Part shown: positions 1 to 11,029 of the stretch, piece after piece
How positions within the stretch are numbered: position 1 is the first letter of the stretch
How the letters are laid out: each line of letters starts with the position of its first letter
DNA from: Phoronis australis
Lineage: Eukaryota; Animalia; Phoronida
Assembly: GCA_002633005.1 (NCBI GenBank)
Contig: NMRA01000431.1
Location: 63,768 to 120,500 of the forward strand
Length of the DNA: 56,733 nucleotides
Direction of reading: 5' to 3'
Translations under genes and position numbers: made by a program
The notes under the pieces: generated by a model
What the model was told of the DNA's origin: nothing
Database searches by the model: none
What the model saw: only the letters and a program-made list of their open reading frames with translations

Positions 1-476
1 TTGAAATCACCTTTGAAAATACGTTAAAATGCGCTAAAACAGTTGTCCCTTCCTGGTTATCTCTTCCTGCTGTTAGGCATGCATGCTCAGATTACTGTCA
101 ACCCTCAATTTATATGAATGAGTCTTTGTCTTTGTGAATGCCCATCTCATCAAGATCTCCTATAAAGTACAAAACTTGCTTATACTTGCCTATACTTGCC
201 TTTTAGTAACATTCAATTTCAGCGAAAAGTTGCTTTATTGAGCGGGAAACTACACAAACTCTCCCGCTCGTTACTGCAGAAGACGTGAAACAAATGTTTT
301 GGCATAAATAATAATAATGTTATGGTGGACAGCTATATAATTTATTTTATCTCGTTGATGTTGTTCATGTCTAAAAAATGGGAGAAATCATTTGGACACG
401 AGCAGTCCATGGCCAGGCTACACAAGTTACTGAACTACTTTGCATGATTGTTGTATTCTAGATGATAACCCCCTTA

Positions 477-1547
477 TGGTTGTTCCAGTGAAATCTGTAT
501 GGGAGGGGGGTAGGCACTTTTTTCGCACCCACCATCCTTATTTTTCATTTATTTATTAAGCCCACCACCTGTAATTTTTTATAAGTTTGAAATGCAATCA
601 CCCGTAATTTTTTTTGTTGTTGTTCTTGTGGTTGACTGCACAGGCACTTGAGTTTATCTGTTCCTCGATAACCACTGACGTTATTCATTACTAAGAAAAT
701 ATGTTTCTTATATATGGTTATTAGCCATCGAGAAATTTGAGTGCCTGTGGTTGACTGGTGTTATGGGCATGCCAGTGGGGGGATCGGAGGGAGTGAAAAA
801 GACGGAGCTTTTTGCAAGTTGCGTTTTTGTTTTACAGGGCTTGGAATTTTCCGCGGAAACGCGGATTTCCGCTTTTTTCAAATGTTCTGTCCACGCATTT
901 TATTATATTTCCGCGTAAAAAAAATTGGATATGATGTAAAATTTCCGTGGCAAATTCCTTTCTTACCGCGGCGTTGCAGACTACGTTCACCTCGAAAAGC
1001 GGAAGTTGCTCTTAATGTTTTGGAGGAACGTAAATTGTCAACATTGCCGGGGCATCTGGGATAGCGTAGTGGAATTTTCAATGGCGTCTCGTGTTATTGT
1101 AAACCGTGGCGACAAATACTACGGCTCTGCAGCCAAAAATGTGTGGGTTGGGAGTGGACGGACGAGCTAAAAGGACGCAGACGCATGCTAGTGACGGTGG
1201 TAACGTTTTTTTTAGTCCCGATTTTTGTCGGGGAAAGGTTCACATGGACCATTTCAAGGCTGGGTAGTGCGCATGATTTGGGCCGTAAAAGTTTCCGCGT
1301 TTTTTGTCATTGGTCATTCCAAGCCCTGGTTTTAGTTGTTGATTCTGTGCGAATTGTTTATAAAAGTTACTGAAATTACCCACCATCAAACATTTATGGC
1401 ACAATGAAACAACAAAGACCTGTAAAGTTTTATTCTTTTGAAGTACGACCATCAGCCATTTTGGATTTAAATCAAACACAACCACCCATAAATTGTTATT
1501 ACAACTGCCTTCCCCCCACTCCCACACAGATTTTACTAGAACAGCCC
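477..1547. mobile_element. PIF/Harbinger-like MITE, interrupted by a nested MITE at 835-1328
   Basis: Left end TGGTTGTTCCAGTGAAATCTGTATGGGAG matches the reverse complement of right end CTCCCACACAGATTTTACTAGAACAGCCC; TTA flanks both sides; an uninterrupted partial copy lies at 43976-44394. Confidence 0.75.
835..1328. mobile_element. Non-autonomous hAT-like MITE with 6-bp TSD
   Basis: TIR CAGGGCTTGGAAT...ATTCCAAGCCCTG; GTTTTA duplicated on both sides; second copy at 37652-38152. Confidence 0.85.
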
Positions 1548-2349
1548 TTACTACATTTTCTACAATCTACTAGTGTTTTATTTAACTCTTTTACATGAAG
1601 TCTGGCTTCTTTTTACTTCCTTTGCATTGAACAAATAGACCATTCATGTTAGTGCCCCACCCCAGCTAATCAAAAAAATTTTTAAACGCCTATGCTTGAG
1701 CTAACAACCACCTCCTGATTTTCGAGTGCACCCATCTAAGTACCATAGGGCGGTTACCCGAAGAAGTATGGTGCATTTGTTTTAAGTCTTGACTCGTTTC
1801 TCTAAAGATGGGAAATTAGGCAGACATACTGCTGTTGTTAATGAGAGTACAAAGTGCTGTAATTTTTACCCACCCATGTATGGGTGTGAGTGCATATTAC
1901 CATCAAGCCGGTGTCTGCTTCTGATGGATGTTCTGGAAATTTTGCAGACAAGTTCCTTTGGTGGATAAGACATCATGCATAAATTTTCAGACTCGTTCGA
2001 CTAGCCCCCTAGTAGAAATTTTGTTTTTTACGTTTGATTTTTGTATCTCAGGAGTTTCATGAATAGATTTCTGTTAAGGAGATAGCAGGAGCTGTCAATT
2101 GTTAAATAGATTCAATGTATTGTGGCCTCCATATCTGCTAAACCACCAAAGCAATCATGAAAATCTGATATGTGGATCTTCAGGATATTTAGTATAAGTG
2201 TTCTTATGGAAGGGGGCGTTGCTAATGTTGACTTTGGGATTAGGCCAAAGATCTCCCAGAGCAGCTAATAGCAATTATAGATTCATGCACGCATGCATGC
2301 AGGTTGTCTGAGACCGAACAATGTTCACGGATTTTGATGTTTAATGCAG

Positions 2350-2420
2350 GAATTTGAAGATGATCGTGATGCTGAAGATGCAGTGTATGAATTAAATGGA
2401 AGGCCCCTTCTGGGTGAAAG
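2350..2420 (+). CDS. SRSF4/5/6: SR splicing factor paralog A, coding exon 2 (RRM1 second half)
   Basis: cag|...|gtatgt; EFEDDRDAEDAVYELNGRPLLGER. The preceding exon lies upstream of the window. Confidence 0.96.
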
Positions 2421-5164
2421 GTATGTACTGGTCATAGGTTAGAACGAAAGACATTCTCAGCTAAGTCTAACAAAAATGTACTTTGCTTTGATTTAAATGA
2501 AGAGACAATAAACTGCAGGGCTCAACATTAACGGTGGTCTGACTGCCCAGGACAACCAAGTTGGTCCGGACAAGCTCACGGCTGAGCAGCTTGTCCGAAA
2601 GGACAAGTTAGTGAATTTTTGGAAACTATAGTAAATCTGAACGATCAGAACTTCTTTGTAGCAGTGATAACTCACTTGTTTAGCGATCAGTGTCAGTAAT
2701 ATGCGGTGCAAGGTGTTTAGATTATGCATGAGCTCATGACTGGACGCGATCCCTGGCACTTGCATTCGAATAGTTCTAGCCAGTGACGTGTTCTCATTTA
2801 AATACACGGCAGTATCTCACTTAATGTGGCAACGTTTTGATTTTAGCTAGGTACTAGCGTAGTTCCGAGTGCTTTGAACGCATGCCCGGTTCCCGATGAT
2901 TCGTCTCATTCAGAGGCCGCCTCAAACCAGTTTGCTCAATGCATTACCATACTCATCCGGGTTACGGGCCATGCTTGGCTTACTGCCTACCCCTAACTTT
3001 TCATGATCGAGACTTCCGTAAAAGTATATGTGCTTCTGTTAACGTTCGTCGCACAAAATTAAGATTCCAAAATGTGCGCAACTCGCTTAACTTTCTGCGA
3101 CAATCAATCAGTTTTAGCGGAACCGGGACCTTGCCTTACTATGGCAGTAAAATACCCGTATTCTCATGCCACTGAAGGAGACAATTGTTTCCTTTGGCTC
3201 ACGAGCAGAACTTGTGTCGGCATGTAATGATCACTGAGACAGCGCTTGTTGAATGTATTTCATTTGCTGCAGAAGAACCAACAAAACAGTACTTGACAGG
3301 GATATCACGTCCATGGCCAACCTTTCGGTGACATCCCCATGACAGTACACAAAACATAACCACCCTGAGCATTGAAATAAAAAAGGCCTGGTTCATTGTG
3401 ACAAGCCAACTTGTGTAGCTGTTCCCGTCTTGGTTAAACGCATGTTTTTAATGACTTTCACTTTTGACACCAAAATGGAAGCGCCCAACCAAAGGCAAGA
3501 GTGCAAAAAATCAATTTGTCATTAGCCCAAGGCGAACAAAAACTTATTTTTTTGAACTTCTGATTTGCTTGATGACTTTTTACAAGATGTGTTTTTGCTT
3601 CATTATTTTGGCAGCTGACCGAGTACCCTTACTAATACAATCGAAGTTAAGACTATCACACGCTCACAACCTCTGTACGTCTGGTAAAGTCACGGAACAT
3701 GAGAACGTCCTAATTAACTTTAAAAACCTGTCATTTCTCTATATGACTCCAATGAGGTCATTTTTCACAGTAGTTCACATTAAATTTAGACCCCCTATTT
3801 AATGCGACCTGGGTCGTGTTTTAATTTTAATTAGTTACCCGGGATCATTTTCAATACTGAAAACTAAGGCTTATCGGGGCACAACAAAAGTACGTCCCAA
3901 GTGAGCAGCACGTCTCCTGTATATAATGTATTTGCATTGAGCGACACAAATTAACCCTTTCACCTCCAAGTAGCTGTCGGCCATTGTGTCCCTGAACCCC
4001 AAGTAACTTTGCACAGATGGGCTGAACTGAGGTGCTTGTTTTCAAAATTCCACAGACAATCCATTTATCATTGAATTTCAAAGTGTGACACACCAAAATT
4101 TAGAGAACAGAATGAACTTTATCAACAATTTCACCAAAATTAAAAAGTCTCACTCTCTCAGGTGATGCAGGTAAGTAACACCTGTTTGTTTGTCAATTTG
4201 CCAATTCAATGTATTGTTTAAAGAAGAAAAATGATTATGAGTAACAGTGTCATCAATATTTTCCAGTACCATTTCTTAAGATACATTTTCGATCATATTT
4301 CACATCTATTAACATTTGAAGGCTATAAAGTGATTTGAATTCACCGATCGTTAAGTTCAACGATTCAAATTAGTCCACTTCCGGTTGTGACTTCGTTTGG
4401 GCGTTCAAATTAATTACCCTGACAATTTCACCGAATATTTCATCGGTATAGAAGTTTTGAAAGTACTCAACTTGCTTATCAGAACCATCATACACTCTAG
4501 AAGACTCCACATGTTCAGCAATATTATTTTAACTTTAAAATTTTGCACTTAAACCTGTAAATTAACAATTTGATATGCTTCCGATTTTGACGGACATCTG
4601 GTGGCGAATTAGAGCTTATTCAACTGGACAACAGGTGTCACTAAAAACTAGGTCACACCAGATCACATGTTAGTAGTATTTAATAAGTAGAATTGATACT
4701 AGAATTGACATTTTTATTATTAAAGGAACTTTAGTTTGATTTTCTGAGTCTGTCATGAATGCTTTGGAGGACTTCAGTTAAAAATTGGTAGGAAAGTCAA
4801 AAAGTAGGCCACACTCAGTTCAGTGTACATTTTTAAAACGTATATAAAAACACACTGACCATGTTTGGGAAAGAACAATGTTTACTTCTAACATGAAAGT
4901 TTGCATAGAGTTTGGAACTTTTGTTGTGGAGAACAGTGGGAACTGTTTCAAATATTGAAAGGGCTGTCAGGTTCTTCAATTTTCTGAAACTTTCTTGTAC
5001 AATGCTCAGTTATTGCTCAGTTACATTGCAACAGTGCTGTTCTGGTATGGATATTTTTGTGACTGATTTCGGTGGGATCTGTGATGTAGTTGTGATTTTG
5101 GTTTTCTAACAGAGAGAAAATAAGTTCTAGGAAAGCTTTCCAATAACTGCATTTGTTTTCTCAG

Positions 5165-5275
5165 GATAATTGTGGAAATGGCTCGTGGTAATCCTCGTGA
5201 CAGTCGTGGCGGTGGTGGATACAGAGATCGGTATGGACCCCCACGCAGGAGCCGGACAAGTGGTGGCCGTGACAG
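5165..5275 (+). CDS. SRSF4/5/6: SR paralog A, coding exon 3 (end of RRM1, G/R-rich linker)
   Basis: tcag|...|gtaat, phase 2-2; IIVEMARGNPRDSRGGGGYRDRYGPPRRSRTSGGRDR. Confidence 0.94.
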
Positions 5276-6500
5276 GTAATACTGATTAAAAATTAATCAG
5301 AGCTTCTGTTTTATGCACAGTTCTGTGTTGTGAATATGCTGACCATTCTGTGTTCTGTCTCTGGTTTTGATAAATTTACAGTTTCGCTTTCCGAACTTTT
5401 TTAATTATGTCTCTCTTGTTTTAGATTTCCCAGGTGTGTTGCCAAAGGTTCTGCTTAATTGTTAAAGTTTGGTTAATGTTACTGTGACGTTTTTATCTTG
5501 TGTTCATTAAATGGTTAAATGGCAAAAGGCTAAGGCTAACTGTTTCGCTGTTTTAGTTGACTCTCCACAAAGGTTTGCCTGCTAATTCAGTTGTCGTGTG
5601 TGTCTGGTTAACCATTTCCTGATGATGCATTGATGAGTGGCTGTTTTAGTGGCGCTGATGCAACTTAGTGAAATGTGTCTTGCAGCAATTCGCATAAGTC
5701 TCCTAGTGGCAGTTGACTGTTTTTTTTTTGTCTTAGGTACATCGGCAATCTAACCACCAGTCTTATTAAGTTTGATTCTAATTCTATATGCACACCTTTC
5801 AAAATCATTCCATAGAGCTACGTCAGTTCCCGTATTGAAACCAGGCAGTCGTCAGTTGTACAGTGTTAAGAACTGTCACATTAATTGTTTGTTGGTCCCT
5901 GTTACCACTCTGCATCGTTTATAGAAGGATATTAACGAGTCACCACAAAGACCAAATTGTCATGAGTCAGCCCAATTTCTGTCTAAAGCCAAGACATTTT
6001 CATGAATCAGTTTAGTCTGATTCATTTAAAATTTTCCTTTATAAATTTGACCCAGTAACTTTAAACTAAATTTTCTGCAAATTTTTGTTCATGATTTTAT
6101 GCAATATTTTGCCTGTAGTAGCACGTGTTTTGTGCTGCCTTGCAAAGGATGGGTATACTTACTGAAAAGAAGTTAGTTATAATCAGAAGAAATTCTTTAA
6201 TACTGAACACATGAAGGAGATCACTTGCTCGTGTTTTTGGGGGAGGGTTGGCAAATATGTAATTTGTAAGTAGTTTGACCAGTCTTCATAAAACAGCCTT
6301 GTCTAGAGTTAGAAGAAAAACTATAGGATCAAGATGATATGGGGGTTTAAGCTATCTTTCAATACTTAAATTGAGTTTCATTCACTTATGAATTGCTTAT
6401 ATATGTAACATAGCGTATTATTACTACCGTATATTCTCCATTATCCTGTCAAAGGGTTCTACTTCAAACCTTCGTCATATCTGTTTTATTTCCTTAGTAG

Positions 6501-6570
6501 GTATGGGCCACCAACGAGAACTGAGTTCCGCCTCGCAGTTCAGAACCTGTCGTCCAGAGTCAGCTGGCAG
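6501..6570 (+). CDS. SRSF4/5/6: SR paralog A, coding exon 4 (start of RRM2/RRMH)
   Basis: tagtag|...|gtagga; [23 protein letters not shown]. Confidence 0.97.
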
Positions 6571-8829
6571 GTAGGAACAACCTTTGTAGAATGAATGAAA
6601 GTTGGTTTAAGTCCCTGTTCTATTACACAAGATAGCATGCATTTGGTTCAAAATCAAATTCACTAAGGAATAATAGCTGTTGGTCAAGTCCACCAATCGC
6701 TTATTTAGCATTCCCATTGAGAATAAAGTGATAAATATCTTTGGTGTTTACAAATACAAACTTTACATTACAGTTGTTCCAAGTATTTTAAGATTATGTC
6801 TCCTTATCATCAAGTCTACATTTTGCCAAGTATCTTCCAACTATAGCATTAAACTCCATAAAAATATACATTTTCTGAAAATAAAAAGGCTGGAGAATTC
6901 TTATTTATGGCTGTAGCAAACTGCCAGTAATTTAGTCTCATAACAATGTGTTTTCAGAAAAAAGTATAGCAAAAGTCACTTCCATAGCATAACAAAAATT
7001 CTATCGGTCCCAAGTTTTATTGGCCTATTGTGCCATAGTAAAACATTTTAAAGCAATTCGTAGCAGCATTTGGGTGCGCGATGCATTAAGTGGACTATAT
7101 GAAAGTTTCATTTGAATTTGTTGAGGTATTTGTGAACCGTGATGTTTCTAAGTTAACAGAAGGCTCCCACTTAACCGTTACCACTTTATTCCGCTAAAAA
7201 ATAAAAGAATGATAGTTAAGGAAACTGATTAAGGTTACGTGTGCCTTCCTCATCTCCAGGTTGCTAAGTACTTAGTTACGTTAGTATCAAATAAAAGGCT
7301 GTCAAGGCCAATCTGTCCATGTCACTCAACCCTGTGCCATTGTCATGGTCACATAATCAGGCGTTTTTGGTAAAAAGTCCTTTGATCAGTGTTGATGTGA
7401 TTTTCTGTTAAAAGGTTCATGAAATACTCAATGTGTGTCTGAAATCTTCCATATTTTGAATGGATTCATTTCCTTCAACATTAAGCATTTTTCTAAGAAT
7501 AATCTCACTGATTTTAAACGAAAAGTAAAAGTAATGTACATCAAATGATGAATGTTCCAATTGAGTGGCTGTGCTTTTAGACATCTTAATGATGAATGCT
7601 CTAATTATACGTTATTGAGAGGCTGTGCTTCGGGGACAATGCAAACATGGTTCAAATCTTTGAACACTTTCTTGAGTTACGATGTTACCAAGTTTTGCCC
7701 AAGCAGCAATGCCTAAAAATTCAATTTTGTGTGTATTTCAATTCAGATTGTGTGATTTACTATAGTTGGCATCAATATTGGGTCAGCAGGTCACCTTCGA
7801 GTAGTTCACTGGCAGTTTTTGCAGCAGTTGTGTGAAGAAGCATCACACAATTTGGGGTAGGATTTGCATCAAATTGATGAAGTTGTGGTGAATTTTCTAA
7901 TCCAATGATGTAGACCTTTGGATGCTTTGGGAGTGGGCTTCAGCTGGATTTGAGTCTAGCATGCTGTCAGTTTATATGTGGACCTCATCTCCTGTTCAGG
8001 CAAAGGCTTTCCTTCACAGTTTGATTTTCACGACATCACAATGAAACATAAGGTAAATGACTTAGCACTCAATTTGGTGACTCACTAGTGCGACCTCAGA
8101 TTTTGTTTGGCGACCTGTAAAAAATCTCAGATCGCCACGAAGCCGTCGCCACATCCAAGCACTCGCTCAAAATACTGGTTGGTATCATTAATCAAAAATC
8201 ATGTTCGTCTGCCCTAGGAGATGGGCCTACATGGAGGATATTGGACTCGAAAGGGGGATTGGTCGTCAATGATCAGGAGGGTAGTTCCAAATTTTTCATT
8301 TGGGCAAAAAATAGTTGCAATTCTTGTGTGTTTTGCTCCATGTGCAGCCCATATTTTTAAAACGTTATTGTGAAATAGGGCTACACGTAAGCTTAATTAG
8401 ATTTCTAATTTTTAGGTCAAATTTGTGTGTTACACACACACCTTTTTGAACGTGTACTGAATATTATGCAGACAATATGTTGCAAAATAATCTCGTACCT
8501 GGGACTTCGCTTGGGGTATTGAGTTTTGAAAATAACATGACTTAATGTGAGCTCTTTCATCGAATAACCTTTCTTAAAAAAATTTATAAACTTAGTAATT
8601 TAGTCTGATCCAAAAGTCAGTGACAGAATCCCTCAATATGACTCCTCATTCTGGGATATGTGCATGATGAAACTAGTAATTAAAACATTGGTGCAGGCTA
8701 TTGACATGCTTGATCATGGAGCGCAATTTTGATAAACCCTAAACCAAATCAAAGTTCAGCATACAGTGTATAGCATAATTTTTCTCATTTTTACTTGGCA
8801 TGCTTATTAATCGATAGCCATGATTTAAG

Positions 8830-9184
8830 CTTGCAGCACCATCTTGAGACAGGTGAGGTTGGCTATAGGGGTCAAGGGTACAGACCTTCTTGGCGCGCTC
8901 ACGCGAGAGGTGGCCTTTCTGGGAAACCCTTCAGGATCCTCTCTCACACTCTTTGACGAGGGGTGCCTCGTTCAAGGTGGCTGGCACTCTGCCGGTGTGC
9001 ACGCTAGGCCTTGCCGTGCCTCTTGTGATAATCGTCATCTTGTCTGGCTCGTTATGGGTCTGGCCCAGTCATCTTGTGATCTAAATTGACCGGTCTTCCT
9101 TACTGCCTGTGCTCTGAGGTTCTGGCTAAAGAGGCTTACTCGATCCAATCTGGGCTTAGCACTAGGTCTCTTGACATAACTGAG
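8830..9184 (+). other. Putative poison (PTC-containing) cassette exon of SR paralog A; 5' boundary uncertain (AGs end at 8817, 8829, 8836, 8852)
   Basis: Intronic block conserved with 36297-36666 in paralog B; donor GAG|GTAAAG; in-frame stop from every candidate acceptor. Confidence 0.75.
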
Positions 9185-9471
9185 GTAAAGTGAAAGTGAT
9201 TTAAAACCCAGCTATATTTTCATTACATAGTTGATTAGCATGAGTCGATTAAAATCACAAGTCAAATGTCGGAGTTGAAAAACAGGCTTGTACAATGAGG
9301 CAAGGTATTTCTGGGCTGATGACGAAGTGTGAGAGGCCTGGAACCACGCTAACGCTGATGAGATGACGAGATGACTGCTATATCATGTCTCTATGTTTGA
9401 ACAGTCTCTCTCTCTGCAATGATGTTTTGTTTGTGTGTGTTCCTTTCATTAGCCTTTCGTACACATTTCAG

Positions 9472-9545
9472 GACCTCAAAGACTACATGCGCCAGGCTGG
9501 AGACGTGACATACGCCGATGCTCATAAAAACCGAACTGGTGAGGG
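9472..9545 (+). CDS. SRSF4/5/6: SR paralog A, coding exon 5 (RRM2)
   Basis: ttcag|...|gtaagt; [25 protein letters not shown], completing the SWQDLKD signature. Confidence 0.97.
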
Positions 9546-10818
9546 GTAAGTGTCCTGACTGGAGATGCACATCACAAAAGCATAGCCCTCTGGTTACGAC
9601 CATGGTTGACTTAGCATTGCTTATTTGTCAAACATTCTATATTTTGTGAAACTTCATAGCAGTGAGTTTTCCTGTAGACAGAGCATTGTTAATTAATTAG
9701 CTGGTAACCTGTTAATTCTTTAGACTATTTCTTGAAACATAATCGCAATCAACCCTGTGATAGGTAATTTACAATGAAATAGTGACGCCGATTCAATTAT
9801 TTTGCGGAAATTTACGATTGACAACATGGTTCTCATGATTTTCTGCCATAAATTGTTATTGTCTGACATTTACTTGGTGTAATCACAACAGCTTGTGATT
9901 GCTCCAAAGCACAGCCATGCTTTTATTCGAAAGTGACCGAAATGTGAATTCCGGCATAGAAATTCCCCACTACTCTGTCTTTTGACAGCCAAATCTTCTT
10001 GAGTAAGGACTGTCCAATTTCTTTAGTTTAGGGATACCCCTTCACGCGCCAGACCATATTCCTCTTACTATGCACCTTGAAAGTGACGTTTAGCATCACT
10101 TACGGGCATGACTTCAAATTTGGGCCCCACCAATTCAAAAGGAAAGTTGAGTCCTGGTTTCTAGTTTTGTTTTAGTGACTGCTCACAACACCAAAATAAA
10201 TACTTTTGTTGCTGTAGAGATTCATGTAGAGGTGATGCGTTGGAGCGCGACAAATTTGAAAATTTAAGTTCACTGAGTGCTAAGCGTTGCATTGCATATT
10301 GAAGCTACTCAAAATAGCTTGAATTATTGTATAAAATGATGTGTACATTTACTTAAAACTTGTTAGACATGAGGGCTGTTCTTGTGAATTGAAGTATAGT
10401 TAAATAATTGAACTTGAAATTATTTTTAACATTTCCTGTTATAAGTGTCTGTTACACTATGCTTGAGTGCATTAGGGTTTACGCAGGTGAGTTTCTAGTT
10501 GATGTTCACAGTCGATGACCTTAAGGTTTGAGGTTCAAGCAAAATATCTAAATTTAAAGTTGAGACTCAGAAGTTATAGTTTTATGCTGGGGTCACCAAG
10601 TGCATTAAGTCGCAATATGAACCATTACATGTGAGACATTCATATTTTTGATTAAGGTGCAATATGCATTTGGGATTTTTGCTCTATTGTCTAGTGCTGC
10701 TGTTCCTGGTAATAGGCAAAATGTTGTGATGTGAAGATGTAAGGAAAGATTAGCAGTGGTACTATTCATTAAAAGCAGGTGTTGTGTGCATTTGGTGATC
10801 ATGTTTCTTGTCTTTTAG

Positions 10819-10935
10819 TGTTGTGGAATTTGCTACGTACCATGATATGACAAACGCCTTGAAGAAACTGCATGACACTGATATTAGTGGCAAGAAGATC
10901 AAACTGGTGGAGGATAACCCAAAACGAAGAAGAAG
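10819..10935 (+). CDS. SRSF4/5/6: SR paralog A, coding exon 6 (end of RRM2)
   Basis: tttag|...|gtaaat; VVEFATYHDMTNALKKLHDTDISGKKIKLVEDNPKRRR. Confidence 0.95.
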
Positions 10936-11029
10936 GTAAATGACCTGATGTCTCTTGCTTGTCATATCAAATGACTGCGTAGTCAGTTCTGTATTCACCT
11001 GCCTCCGCTCAGTTACTCATATGTTCAAA

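Noticed and set aside
741-1373. Similar ORFs at 741-1064 and 37592-37879, and at 21579-21887 and 22072-22455
   Set aside because: Chance frames in copies or arms of non-autonomous transposons; no protein motifs.
8844-9089. 81-aa and 64-aa ORFs inside the conserved intronic block as a micropeptide
   Set aside because: Frames are not preserved in the paralog B copy (indels, early stops); conservation is at the nucleotide level.
9310-9375. CTGATGA...CTGA motifs suggesting a C/D snoRNA or hammerhead ribozyme (also ~5620-5660)
   Set aside because: Box spacing is only ~40 nt, with no terminal stem and no hammerhead helices with a GAAA core.
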